22,100 nucleotides of DNA from the NCBI GenBank assembly GCA_036444275.1, contig JAZGAD010000009.1, forward strand, positions 1-22,100, written 5' to 3'. Every line of letters begins with the position of its first letter. Position 1 is the stretch's first letter. The notes below the pieces were generated by a model, which was not told the origin of the DNA, did no database searches, and was given only the letters and a program-made list of their open reading frames with translations. Made by a program: the position numbers and the translations under genes. Below, in pieces: positions 8,313 to 17,794 of the stretch. The stretch comes from Candidatus Hydrothermarchaeales archaeon (GTDB lineage Archaea > Hydrothermarchaeota > Hydrothermarchaeia > Hydrothermarchaeales > JAZGAD01).

Positions 8313-9425
8313 ATGAAGTGGTTGTGGTTTGTCGGTGCTCTCATCGTTGGGTGGATCATCTTAGTCGAGCTGGATAAGAGAAAAAAGTTGGGTGACGGCA
8401 CAGAGAGGCATTCCATTCTATTCATCGTTAGAACTGGAAGGGGAAGGGATTTCATCTCTAGGCTAGCGAGCCACAAGAGGTTCTGGCGGATCTTCGGCAA
8501 CATAGGTGTGGTAGTAGGAATCTCAGGCATGCTGTTAATGTTCTACGCCATAGGAATGCTCCTCTACTCTAAGTATTACATCGGTATTCCGGTCCCTGGT
8601 TTCCAAGCAGTAATACCTGGAGTTACCATCCCCTTTTGGTACGGTATAGCTGGATTGATAACAGTCCTTGTGGTCCACGAACTGTCCCACGGTATCCTCG
8701 CAATAGCAGAGGGTATCCCCCTGAAGAGCGCCGGTATAGTATTCCTAACGGCCCTGCCTATAGGGGCTTTTATAGAGCCAGACGATGATGAGTTGCAGAG
8801 GAAATCGATAGGAGCGAAGCTAAGGGTGTACTCTGTGGGCTCCTTCGGGAACATACTCCTGTTTATCCTAGCCCTCGCCCTCATCGTCTCCTTTAAAGGT
8901 ATGTTCTTCGGGAACCCGATGATAAACATAGTAGGGGTGACCGAGGGATCCCCAGCAGACGGAGTTTTGGAAGCAGGCATGGTACTGACATCCATAAATG
9001 GTATGGAGGTCTCCTCTATGCAGGACTTTCAAGCGGCTGTGAAGGACATAGCACCTGATCAAACCATTGTCTTGACCTCAGAGGATGAAACTTATACTCT
9101 GATTGCTGCCCCAAAGAAGGGCGATCCCAGTGGCGGTTATATCGGAATCTATGCTAAGGAGGACCGTCTCATTAAAGAAGGGATGAGCAAGCACGCCTAC
9201 TTCATCTTATTTTGGGTAGCCTTCTTAAACCAGGGCATTGCACTTGTGAATCTGGCGCCCCTTCACTTCGGCGTCGCAGCTACAGATGGGCACTACATTC
9301 TAAAGGAGATTATAGGCAGATTCATCCAAGAGGAAAACGCCGAGAAAGTCACCACCTTCATTTCTACTACCACCCTCATAGCGGTGCTCCTCTCAATAGT
9401 GAATCCCCTAAGCTTATTGGGGTAA
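8313..9425 (+). CDS. Site-2 protease (peptidase M50) with PDZ domain
   Basis: HELSH zinc motif in a TM segment, 'IGAFIEPD', PDZ-like 'GSPADGVLEAG...INGMEV', and the third-ligand region NLAP...TDG. Confidence 0.9.
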   Translation: MKWLWFVGALIVGWIILVELDKRKKLGDGTERHSILFIVRTGRGRDFISRLASHKRFWRIFGNIGVVVGISGMLLMFYAIGMLLYSKYYIGIPVPGFQAVIPGVTIPFWYGIAGLITVLVVHELSHGILAIAEGIPLKSAGIVFLTALPIGAFIEPDDDELQRKSIGAKLRVYSVGSFGNILLFILALALIVSFKGMFFGNPMINIVGVTEGSPADGVLEAGMVLTSINGMEVSSMQDFQAAVKDIAPDQTIVLTSEDETYTLIAAPKKGDPSGGYIGIYAKEDRLIKEGMSKHAYFILFWVAFLNQGIALVNLAPLHFGVAATDGHYILKEIIGRFIQEENAEKVTTFISTTTLIAVLLSIVNPLSLLG

Positions 9426-9475
9426 AATAATTGGATAATGGAGAGTAAGATAAGGTAAAAGGTGGAGGAAAATTT

Positions 9476-10066
9476 ATGCATCTTGAAACGAGAAGGCAGT
9501 TCCTCCATATGTCGGGTGTTGGTGTAGCCTTTTATATTAGGTGGGCGCATGATACATATGGATTTTTTTTAGCCTTCGCTACTCTCGCTGTTTCTCTCCT
9601 TATAGGCTATGCCATCACTAGGAAGTATAGGGAGGGCATGCATTTACCCTTTATTTCTAGGTTCATCGAACTCTACGAGCGGTCTGAAGTAATAGAGGAA
9701 GACCCTGGCAAGGGCGCTTTATCCTTCTTCGTTGGTTCCCTAGCAGTACTAGTCCTCTTCAGGTTTAACATAGGTATAGTCAGCGCATCTATAATGATCC
9801 TAGCCCTGGGCGATTCTGTATCCACCCTCGTAGGCAGAAATTTCGGTAGGCACAAGATATTCTATAATTCCGAGAAGAGCTGGGAAGGAACAGCCGCTGG
9901 TTTCCTCTTCGCCTTTCTGGGCGCAGCTACTCAAATCAAACTAGGGATAGCCTTTGTAGGAGCCCTCACAGGCATGCTATTCGAGTCCTTTCCCTTGAAA
10001 GTTGACGACAACATAGGAGTACCACTAGCATCTGGCGCCGCTATGAGTTTGGCACTTTTTTTCTGA
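9476..10066 (+). CDS. CTP-dependent polyprenol/diacylglycerol kinase family protein (dolichol/phytol kinase-like)
   Basis: 'RRQFLH', 'GDSVSTLVGRNFG', 'KSWEGT' and 'DDNIGVP' motifs; multi-TM. Confidence 0.85.
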   Translation: MHLETRRQFLHMSGVGVAFYIRWAHDTYGFFLAFATLAVSLLIGYAITRKYREGMHLPFISRFIELYERSEVIEEDPGKGALSFFVGSLAVLVLFRFNIGIVSASIMILALGDSVSTLVGRNFGRHKIFYNSEKSWEGTAAGFLFAFLGAATQIKLGIAFVGALTGMLFESFPLKVDDNIGVPLASGAAMSLALFF

Positions 10067-10126
10067 AATTTTTTCCGTCATTATTATATATTATGATTCA
10101 TGATTCAAAAAAGCTAGAGGGATATT

Positions 10127-10666
10127 ATGAAAGAGATCAGATTCCACGGCAGAGGCGGCCAAGGTGTGGTTACAGCCGCTGAAATATTGGCTGTCAGTGC
10201 CTTCTACGACGGCAAGTATTCGCAGGCATTCCCGGTCTTTGGAACAGAGCGGAGAGGGGCTCCAGTAACTGCTTTCAGCAGGATAGACGACGAATTCATC
10301 AGAATCAGGAGCCAGATATATGAGCCTGACTATATCGTTGTCCAGGACCCATCCCTTTTAGATGTTATAGATGTAGCAGAGGGTCTGAAGAGTGACGGTA
10401 AGATAATCGTGAATACCGAGAAGAGCCCAAAAAAATTGGGTTTGAAGATAAAGGCGGAGATTAGAACTATAAATGCCACCAAGATAGCCTTGGAAGAGTT
10501 GGGCAGGCCTATCGTGAACACGACGATGCTAGGTGCATTTGTCGCATTGACAAAAGAAGTATCCCTAGAGTCACTTGAAAAGGCTGTGTCAAGGAGGTTC
10601 CCGGAGAAACTTGCCTCTAAGAACCTGAAAGCTGTGCAAGCAGCCTATAAACTTAGTCAGGATTGA
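10127..10666 (+). CDS. porC: Pyruvate/2-oxoacid:ferredoxin oxidoreductase gamma subunit
   Basis: EIRFHGRGGQG, FGTERRGAPV, NTTMLGA. Confidence 0.93.
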   Translation: MKEIRFHGRGGQGVVTAAEILAVSAFYDGKYSQAFPVFGTERRGAPVTAFSRIDDEFIRIRSQIYEPDYIVVQDPSLLDVIDVAEGLKSDGKIIVNTEKSPKKLGLKIKAEIRTINATKIALEELGRPIVNTTMLGAFVALTKEVSLESLEKAVSRRFPEKLASKNLKAVQAAYKLSQD

Positions 10667-10672
10667 TATGAA

Positions 10673-10930
10673 ATGATCTCTAAAGGAGGAGTAATAAGGG
10701 ACCCTGGTAATACAAGCAAAACCAAAACAGGGGGATGGCGCACCTTCATGCCAAAGATAGACATGGAGAAGTGCATAGACTGCGGTAATTGTTGGATCTA
10801 CTGCCCCGATGTATGCATCCAGAAGCAAGGGGGAGACTACGTTGTGGACCTGGATTACTGTAAGGGATGCGGGATATGCGCCAATGAGTGCCCATCCAAT
10901 GCCATAGAGATGGTACTAGAGGAAAAGTGA
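10673..10930 (+). CDS. porD: Pyruvate/2-oxoacid:ferredoxin oxidoreductase delta subunit (2x[4Fe-4S])
   Basis: [33 protein letters not shown]. Confidence 0.93.
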   Translation: MISKGGVIRDPGNTSKTKTGGWRTFMPKIDMEKCIDCGNCWIYCPDVCIQKQGGDYVVDLDYCKGCGICANECPSNAIEMVLEEK

Positions 10931-12096
10931 TGAAGGACGTGATCCATGGAAGTAGGGCAGTAGCCGAGGCCGCTAGGCTTTGCGACGTGGATGTGATTGC
11001 CGCTTATCCAATAACTCCTCAGACTCACATCGTTGAGGACCTAGCAAAGATGATCGCCGACGGTGAGCTGGACGGAGAGTACGTGAAGGTTGAATCCGAG
11101 CATTCAGCTATGAGTGCCTGCATTGGAGCAAGCGCGACGGGTGCTAGGACCTTTACAGCCACAGCCTCTCAGGGATTAGCGCTGATGCATGAGATGCTCT
11201 TCATAGCGTCTGGCATGCGTCTGCCGATAGTCATGGCTAATGCAAACAGAGCCCTTTCAGCACCGCTCAGTATCTGGAACGACCAGCAGGATTCTATTTC
11301 CCAACGGGACTCTGGATGGATACAATTCTACTGCGAAACAGCCCAGGAGTCTCTAGATACAACTATCCAAGCCTTCAAGGTGTCAGAGGCAGAGAAGGTT
11401 TCCCTCCCATCCATGGTGTGCCTTGATGGCTTCGTCCTTACCCATACGATTGAACCTGTGGATATTCCGGACAAGCCAGTTGTACAAAAATTTCTACCGC
11501 CTTTTAAACCTTCAACATACCTTGACCCACAGGATCCAATGACAATGGGCGCCTACGCTGACCCTAGGTATTATACGGAGTTCAGGTACGAGCATGAACG
11601 GGCCATGGGAGAAGCATTGGAGTATATAAAAAAGGTGGATAAGGAGTATAAGAAGGCCACCGGCAGGGAATACGGCCTAGTGGAACCCTACAATCTGGAA
11701 GGAGCAGACGTAGTCCTCATTGCTATGGGCTCTGTCGTTGGTACGATTAAAACAGTAATTGATTCTTTGAAACTCCCAGTCGGTCTACTTAAGATTAGAG
11801 TGTATCGCCCCTTACCTAAAGATGAGATTCTCAAGGCACTGGAGGAAGCCAAAGTCATAGGCGTCATCGACAAAAACATAACCGTCGGGTTAGGTGAGGG
11901 TGCCCTTTTCACCGAGATAAAGGCATTGCTACAAGGCAAAGGAAATCAGAAAGTTTTAGGATTCATAGCAGGACTTGGTGGCAGAGATATAACCCCCGGG
12001 GATGTGAAAGATATCATATCTCAATGCTTTGGCTCACTTAAGCCTAAATCTGCAAGTGAGGGGGTTACGTGGGTAGGTCTGAAGGTGGGAAAATGA
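10930..12096 (+). CDS. porA: Pyruvate/2-oxoacid:ferredoxin oxidoreductase alpha subunit
   Basis: [34 protein letters not shown]. The ATG overlaps the porD stop (TGATG). Confidence 0.93.
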   Translation: MKDVIHGSRAVAEAARLCDVDVIAAYPITPQTHIVEDLAKMIADGELDGEYVKVESEHSAMSACIGASATGARTFTATASQGLALMHEMLFIASGMRLPIVMANANRALSAPLSIWNDQQDSISQRDSGWIQFYCETAQESLDTTIQAFKVSEAEKVSLPSMVCLDGFVLTHTIEPVDIPDKPVVQKFLPPFKPSTYLDPQDPMTMGAYADPRYYTEFRYEHERAMGEALEYIKKVDKEYKKATGREYGLVEPYNLEGADVVLIAMGSVVGTIKTVIDSLKLPVGLLKIRVYRPLPKDEILKALEEAKVIGVIDKNITVGLGEGALFTEIKALLQGKGNQKVLGFIAGLGGRDITPGDVKDIISQCFGSLKPKSASEGVTWVGLKVGK

Positions 12097-13061
12097 AAGT
12101 AGCTGTAGATGTTCCGAGCTATGTGAAATGCAGGAAAGTATGTGAGGCGAACCTCGCTGCGAATAGATGCTGGTATTTCGGGGAGAACCTGAAGGATGTA
12201 TCCGAAGAGGAACTCTTTGCTCAGGGACATAGGGGGTGTGCTGGATGCGGCGGTACAATAGCCATGAGGCTTGCCTTAAAAGCCGCTGGGAAGAATACGG
12301 TAGTATCTCAGTGTACAGGCTGCATGGAGGTAGTATCCACACCGTACCCCGAGACAGCCTGGAAGGTGCCATGGGTGCACGCTGCCTTCGAGAACTCAGC
12401 TTCAGTTGCAAGCGGTGTAGAAGCAGCCCTCAAGGCTCTGGGCAGGAAAGAAGGGGTCAACGTTATAGCATTCGGCGGCGATGGAGGCACAGTCGACATA
12501 GGCTTACAGGCACTGAGCGGTGCCATTGAGCGGTGGCATGACATGACGTACATCTGCTATGATAACGAAGCCTACATGAACACAGGCGTGCAGAGGAGCG
12601 GAGCGACGCCATATGGCGCATCCACTACCACTTCTCCAGCTGGCAAGTTATCTATTGGGAATGATAGACCCAAGAAGGACATGCCTAGGATCGTCATAGC
12701 CCACGGTGCCCCTTATGTCGCAACGGCTTCGGTCGCGTTTCCCATTGATTACATGGAGAAGGTGAAAAAGGCGCTAGCCACCAAGGGACCATGCTACATC
12801 CATGTCCATGCCCCGTGCACACCGGGCTGGGGAATAGACAATGAAAAGACCATAGAAGTTGCACGCCTCGCAGTTGATACAGGCATGTGGATTCTCTACG
12901 AGGCTAATGATGGCGAGAGCAGGATCACTTATAAGCCCACGCAGCAGGTTCCAGTGAAAGAATACCTCCAGATGCAAAAGAGATTCAGGCACCTCAAGGA
13001 TGACACCATAGCAGAGATCCAGAGGGACATCGACGAGCGGTGGAAGGAACTCTTCGCTTAA
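12093..13061 (+). CDS. porB: Pyruvate/2-oxoacid:ferredoxin oxidoreductase beta subunit (TPP-binding)
   Basis: [20 protein letters not shown]...[23 protein letters not shown] overlap with the porA stop. Confidence 0.93.
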   Translation: MKVAVDVPSYVKCRKVCEANLAANRCWYFGENLKDVSEEELFAQGHRGCAGCGGTIAMRLALKAAGKNTVVSQCTGCMEVVSTPYPETAWKVPWVHAAFENSASVASGVEAALKALGRKEGVNVIAFGGDGGTVDIGLQALSGAIERWHDMTYICYDNEAYMNTGVQRSGATPYGASTTTSPAGKLSIGNDRPKKDMPRIVIAHGAPYVATASVAFPIDYMEKVKKALATKGPCYIHVHAPCTPGWGIDNEKTIEVARLAVDTGMWILYEANDGESRITYKPTQQVPVKEYLQMQKRFRHLKDDTIAEIQRDIDERWKELFA

Positions 13062-13117
13062 CTATACTACGCTGCCTGGTGAATTATTAATAGAATAGCA
13101 TGGGTTAGGAGATAGCA

Positions 13118-13993
13118 ATGGATCTAAGCATTATTGAAGATACCTTTGCTGAGGCCTTCACCAGTTACTACTCACGGGTCCTAATAACAGCTGTTAATGA
13201 GAGATGGGCTGAAATAGCATCTCTAGAAGCCACAGGTTATGGTACCTCTATGATAGACTGCTCCGCCGAAGCAGGGATAGAAGGATACTTGAGTCCAGAG
13301 AGAACACCGGATTCTAGGCCGGGATGCATTATCCAGATATGGGCCAAAAAGAAAAAAATAAAAGATGAATTAATCGGTAGACTGGGCCAGTGTACCCTCA
13401 CAGCTCCTACAGCGGCGGTCTGGAATTATTGCGACTCCGATGAGAAGCTGGATATAGGCCGTAAGATAGGCTTCTTTGGAGACGGCTACCAGAAAGAAAA
13501 AAGAGTACGTGGGAGGGAAGTCGTATCCATACCTACCATGATGGGGGAGTTTCTGATAGAGACTGAGCTGGGTGTAGCCAAGGGTGTCGCTGGGGGTAAC
13601 TTCTTTATTCTCGCTCAAAGTCAAGCTTCAGCGCTGGAGGCAGCGGAGAAAGCAATTGCGGCTATTCGTGGTGTGGAGGGAGTGATAGCGCCGTTTCCAG
13701 GAGGGATATGTACCTCTGGATCCAAGATCGGTTCGAAATATAAATTCCTAAGCGCTTCTACAAACGAGGAATACTGTCCTAGCCTAGCCTCTATTGTAGA
13801 AGGAAGCAAGGTGAAGGGGCTTGGGGCGGTGGCCGAGATTGTGCTAGATGGTATCTCTGAGGACAAAGTTAGAGAGGCCATGCGCTCTGGTATAGAGGCA
13901 GCTGTCAAGGTTGAGGGTGTAGCTAGGATATCTGCTGGGAACTATGGTGGAAGGCTTGGAGATATCAAGGTCTACCTGAGGGAACTCTTCTAG
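13118..13993 (+). CDS. ftr: Formylmethanofuran--tetrahydromethanopterin N-formyltransferase
   Basis: IEDTFAEAF, ATGYGTS.I.C.AEAGIE, TPDSRPG, GQCTLTAPT, FFGDG, GVAGGNF, FPGG...SGSK.GS.Y, ISAGNYGG.LG. Confidence 0.95.
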   Translation: MDLSIIEDTFAEAFTSYYSRVLITAVNERWAEIASLEATGYGTSMIDCSAEAGIEGYLSPERTPDSRPGCIIQIWAKKKKIKDELIGRLGQCTLTAPTAAVWNYCDSDEKLDIGRKIGFFGDGYQKEKRVRGREVVSIPTMMGEFLIETELGVAKGVAGGNFFILAQSQASALEAAEKAIAAIRGVEGVIAPFPGGICTSGSKIGSKYKFLSASTNEEYCPSLASIVEGSKVKGLGAVAEIVLDGISEDKVREAMRSGIEAAVKVEGVARISAGNYGGRLGDIKVYLRELF

Positions 13994-14001
13994 GTGCTTT
14001 C

Positions 14002-14748
14002 ATGCGAGTGCTCATAGCTCAAACAGATGTAAAGTTAGGGGATAAGGAGAGTAATCTAGCTAACGCTCTAGAGATCGTCGAGGGCCATGACGCAGATCTA
14101 TTCCTGTTTCCAGAGCTATTCACCACAGGCTTTGATTATGAGCATATAAGAGAACTGGCAGAAGAGCTTCCAGGTGAAACAGTAGCAGCTATCTCAAGCA
14201 TATGCGGTGATTCCCTGGTGGGTGGCTCCATCTTAGAGAGATATAGAGATAAAATATACAATACATTCATCCTTGTCTCAAGAGAAGGGTTGGTTGGAAG
14301 CTATCGGAAAATGCATCCATTCGGCGAGGAGAAAGAATACCTCGGAAAAGGTAAAAGTGTCGAGGTGGCAGGCACGGCGATGGGTAACTTGGGTCTAGCT
14401 GTCTGCTACGACGTGAGGTTTCCAGAGCAATTCAGGGAGTTGATGCAGCGTGGAGCTGAAGTCGTCCTCGTCTCTGCAGAGTTCCCATTACCTAGGCAGG
14501 AGCACTGGGAGGTCCTCCTCAGGGCTAGGGCGATAGAGAATCAGTTCTTTATATTGGCTGCTAATCGCATAGGCAGAGACGACAAGAGTGAATATTTCGG
14601 AGGCTCTTTAGCTCTGACTCCTTGGGGCGATGTACTCGCTAGAGGAGGCATCGAGGAAGAGATGATCACTGTGGAGATAGATGTAGCAGAGGTTAAGAAA
14701 ATCCGGGAGAAATTTCCAGTCCTCCGGGATGCGGATATACAGCCTTGA
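14002..14748 (+). CDS. Carbon-nitrogen hydrolase (nitrilase/omega-amidase family)
   Basis: Glu-Lys-Cys triad motifs FPELF, YRKMH and CYDVRFPE; RARAIENQ. Confidence 0.9.
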   Translation: MRVLIAQTDVKLGDKESNLANALEIVEGHDADLFLFPELFTTGFDYEHIRELAEELPGETVAAISSICGDSLVGGSILERYRDKIYNTFILVSREGLVGSYRKMHPFGEEKEYLGKGKSVEVAGTAMGNLGLAVCYDVRFPEQFRELMQRGAEVVLVSAEFPLPRQEHWEVLLRARAIENQFFILAANRIGRDDKSEYFGGSLALTPWGDVLARGGIEEEMITVEIDVAEVKKIREKFPVLRDADIQP

Positions 14749-14801
14749 AGAAGGTAGAAATTCTTATAAGGTGGGAATCTTAAAGTAGGTTGGGGTCGGA
14801 A

Positions 14802-15779
14802 ATGAAGAAGATCGCCATACTAATGTTTCTGGTGTTTTTACCTATCACCCATGCTCTTGAAATAACGGAGTATGACGCAAAGGTGGAGCTTTCAGATATG
14901 ACGCCACTAGAGAGCATCAGCCTCACTATGATTAACACACATGAGTCACCTGTTACTGAACTGAGCTATCCCTTCAACAGCAAGGCTGCGGACCTCTCGG
15001 TCAGCGATGTGTCTGGAGAGATTTCTTCCTCTAGTGAATATAAGGGGAAAAAGACGTTTATCACCACATATTTCAGGGAGCCCCTGACCACTGAGGAGAG
15101 CTATACCATGACTTATAAATTCCTTTCCTCAGGTCATGTAACCAAAAAGGAGAACACCTACATCCTTTCAACCAGTCACTCCCTACTAGCAAATGTCAAG
15201 AACTTCAGGCTTAGCATTGTATTGCCTGAAGGCTACGGTATAACCGAAGAAGGCGTTAGCCCAGAGCCTGTAGAAATCGTCTCCGATGGTAGAAAGGTGA
15301 TCCTGAAGTGGGACTACCGTGAGCCCATACCAACGGGCTTGAGAGAATTTAGGGTTATAGTTCTTTTCGAGAGGCTAGTCGTACCAGAACTAGTCGTACC
15401 AGAGATAGTTGAAACAGGAACAACAGCGGCAGAGAAGAACGACATTTACTTTTACACATCGGTTTTCCTAGCTGCACTTCTAATCCTTCTTATATTGAAG
15501 TATATGAAAGAAGAGGACGTATCTCTTAGGCACTATCTTAAGAGACGTAGGTACATCGAGGGGAAGATAGACATCTTAAAGGAGGACGAGCAGGCTATCA
15601 TGAAGATGGTGATAGAAAAGGATGGAATAGACCAGAGAGAGATTCAGCGAGAAACCGACTTCTCAAAGACCAAGGTCAGTAAGATTTTATCCGAGTTAGA
15701 GAAAAGGGGTGCGATAACGAAGCGGCAGGTTGGACGGAGGAACAAGATATACCTGACACAGACACTGAAGGAAGCATAA
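14802..15779 (+). CDS. Membrane-anchored protein with signal peptide, extracellular domain, TM helix and C-terminal winged HTH
   Basis: 'MKKIAILMFLVFLPITHA' signal; TM 'IYFYTSVFLAALLILLIL'; 'GIDQREIQRETDFSKTKVSKILSELEKRG.I.K..VGR.N' wHTH. Confidence 0.8.
   Translation: MKKIAILMFLVFLPITHALEITEYDAKVELSDMTPLESISLTMINTHESPVTELSYPFNSKAADLSVSDVSGEISSSSEYKGKKTFITTYFREPLTTEESYTMTYKFLSSGHVTKKENTYILSTSHSLLANVKNFRLSIVLPEGYGITEEGVSPEPVEIVSDGRKVILKWDYREPIPTGLREFRVIVLFERLVVPELVVPEIVETGTTAAEKNDIYFYTSVFLAALLILLILKYMKEEDVSLRHYLKRRRYIEGKIDILKEDEQAIMKMVIEKDGIDQREIQRETDFSKTKVSKILSELEKRGAITKRQVGRRNKIYLTQTLKEA
15375..15404 (+). repeat. In-frame 15-bp tandem duplication (LVVPE-LVVPE)
   Basis: CTAGTCGTACCAGAA CTAGTCGTACCAGAG, followed by a degenerate third unit ATAGTTGAAACAGGA. 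Confidence 0.85.
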
Positions 15780-15828
15780 TCCAATCGTTCAAAAATTTAT
15801 TTAAGCTCACGGCATAGATATTGCCTTA

Positions 15829-16608
15829 ATGTCGGTGAAGCGGATTTTAAAGGAATACAAAGAGGGCAAGCTATCCTCGGAGGAAGCTGAAAAGAAGCTA
15901 AAGCTCTTCGATTTCATCAAGATTGCTGACTGGGGAAACATAGACATATTGAGGGAGCATAGGACTGGTACGCCCGAGGTAATCCTCGGAGAGAGCAAAA
16001 GCGATGATGAACTCTTCCTCCTAGTTAAAGAGGTCACTGCGAGAAAGGGGCGTTGCATAGTCACCAAAATATCGCGTGCTAGGATGGAGGCACTGGAGCA
16101 TAAACTCCCTAACGGTGTGTTGGCAGAGAAGAATGAAAAAGCTGGTGTATTCGTCGCCAAAAAGAAGAATTTCAAACTTGAGAAGACCAGCGGCAAAGTA
16201 GCTGTCCTCTGCGCCGGCACTTCTGATGTGCCAAAGGCTGAGGAGGCCAGAGTCATAACAGAGGAGATGGGTTGCAAGGTTTACACTTTCTATGATGTCG
16301 GAGTTGCCGGTATACATCGTCTGCTTCCAGCGGTTAGGAAGATGATAGAGGAAGACGTTGACGCAGTGGTAGTTGCCGCTGGAATGGAGGGGGCACTTCC
16401 CTCTGTAGTCGCTGGACTTATAGACGTGCCTGTTATAGGCCTCCCCATATCTACAGGCTACGGTGTTGGCGGTAAAGGAGAGGCCGCCCTCTTCTCTATG
16501 TTGCAGAGCTGCTCACCTGGCTTGGCAGTAGTAAACGTGGACAACGGCTTTGGGGCAGGTGTCCTGGCTTCTCTGATAGCAAATAGGGCTGCCAAATTCA
16601 GAGATTGA
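15829..16608 (+). CDS. larB: Nickel-pincer cofactor biosynthesis protein LarB (PurE-like)
   Basis: 'D..RE.RTG.PEVI.GE.K', AGTSD.P.AEEA, DVGVAGIHRL, AGMEGALPSVV.GL, P.S.GYG, VVNVDNGFGAG. Confidence 0.92.
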   Translation: MSVKRILKEYKEGKLSSEEAEKKLKLFDFIKIADWGNIDILREHRTGTPEVILGESKSDDELFLLVKEVTARKGRCIVTKISRARMEALEHKLPNGVLAEKNEKAGVFVAKKKNFKLEKTSGKVAVLCAGTSDVPKAEEARVITEEMGCKVYTFYDVGVAGIHRLLPAVRKMIEEDVDAVVVAAGMEGALPSVVAGLIDVPVIGLPISTGYGVGGKGEAALFSMLQSCSPGLAVVNVDNGFGAGVLASLIANRAAKFRD

Positions 16609-17788
16609 GAGTTATCTCTGCTTGTTTCTCTATTTCACACATCATCTTCTTTAGAGGTATTCCTGTTTTTTCTGCTATCCTCTTAGCGTCTTCGTACTCG
16701 GCCTTCACATTGATTACCCGCTTCCCGTCCATAGCAACCTTGACTCTAGCCTTCTCCTTGTAGCCTGCTAGCTTCACCTCTATAGTTTTGACCTCCCTCG
16801 CTACATGGAATCTCTTCTGGGCAGGGCTTATCCTAACTCCAAGGGTTCCTGTCTCGCTTACCAACAACTTTGCTAAGGCTTCCTCGTTGCCAACCCGGCA
16901 GACCACCTTCACTAGGTTGCCTGGACGATGCTTCTTGGTTGTGGTTGGGATTATCTGCACATCAAGGGCGCCCTCCGCGTACAGCTTCTCAAGGGTGTAG
17001 CCTAAAACCTCTCCAGAAACGTCGTCTATACTGGTTTCGAGCACTGATACTGCTTCAGTAGGCAAACCAGTTTCGCAGAGTAAGATCCTCAGCACATTCG
17101 GCATTCCTATATCCTTTGTCCCTGCACCAACCCCAACGGCGGTTATCTTGGCTGGCGGCAGCTCAGAGAAGGTCGCCAGGTTAGCCAGAATAGCAATCCC
17201 TGTTGGCGTAGCTAATTCCCCCTCGCCGCTCATATGGAATGGAATCTCGAATTTCCTTAATATCTCGGCAGTAACTGGTGCGGGCACAAGTAGCTTGCCA
17301 TGAGATGTCTCGACAGCTCCTTTACCTGTGTTGACAGACGCGGAATATACATTCATCTCGAAGAGTCCTAGGGCGTCCCCCAAACAGGCTACTCCAATGA
17401 TGTCCAGCAACGTGTCCGGTGAGCCGAGCTCGTGGAGGTCAACTTCCTTGCTACGGTGAGCAACTTTCTCTGCCTCCACTAGGGTATCGGCTACTCGAAG
17501 AGCGAAATCTAACGCACTTGAACCGAGTTTGATGTTTTTAGCGATCCTTTCGGTGCTCCCCACAAGGTCGAAGGGCTTACCCCCGGACACCTTTGCATCT
17601 ACCCAGAGCGCTGGCAATGTCCCCTTCTTGATTCCCTTCTCGATTCTTATCTTGCAGCCGACGTCCTTGGATATGGCAGCAGCCACCCTCTTGAGTTCAC
17701 CTACATCACTCCTGAGGTCAAGTAATGCACCAAGTACCATGTTCCCGCTTATCCCTGAAAGAGACGGATCTATATGTGCTATCTTCAT
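16598..17788 (-). CDS. larC: Nickel-pincer cofactor biosynthesis protein LarC (Ni insertase)
   Basis: SGISGNM.LGALLD, HG.L.VPAP.T, GELATPTG, LETSIDD.SGE, GALDV, KK.RPG, ETGTLGVR, EYED. Single uninterrupted ORF. Confidence 0.9.
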   Translation of the reverse strand: MKIAHIDPSLSGISGNMVLGALLDLRSDVGELKRVAAAISKDVGCKIRIEKGIKKGTLPALWVDAKVSGGKPFDLVGSTERIAKNIKLGSSALDFALRVADTLVEAEKVAHRSKEVDLHELGSPDTLLDIIGVACLGDALGLFEMNVYSASVNTGKGAVETSHGKLLVPAPVTAEILRKFEIPFHMSGEGELATPTGIAILANLATFSELPPAKITAVGVGAGTKDIGMPNVLRILLCETGLPTEAVSVLETSIDDVSGEVLGYTLEKLYAEGALDVQIIPTTTKKHRPGNLVKVVCRVGNEEALAKLLVSETGTLGVRISPAQKRFHVAREVKTIEVKLAGYKEKARVKVAMDGKRVINVKAEYEDAKRIAEKTGIPLKKMMCEIEKQAEITLNL

Positions 17789-17794
17789 CTTTCT

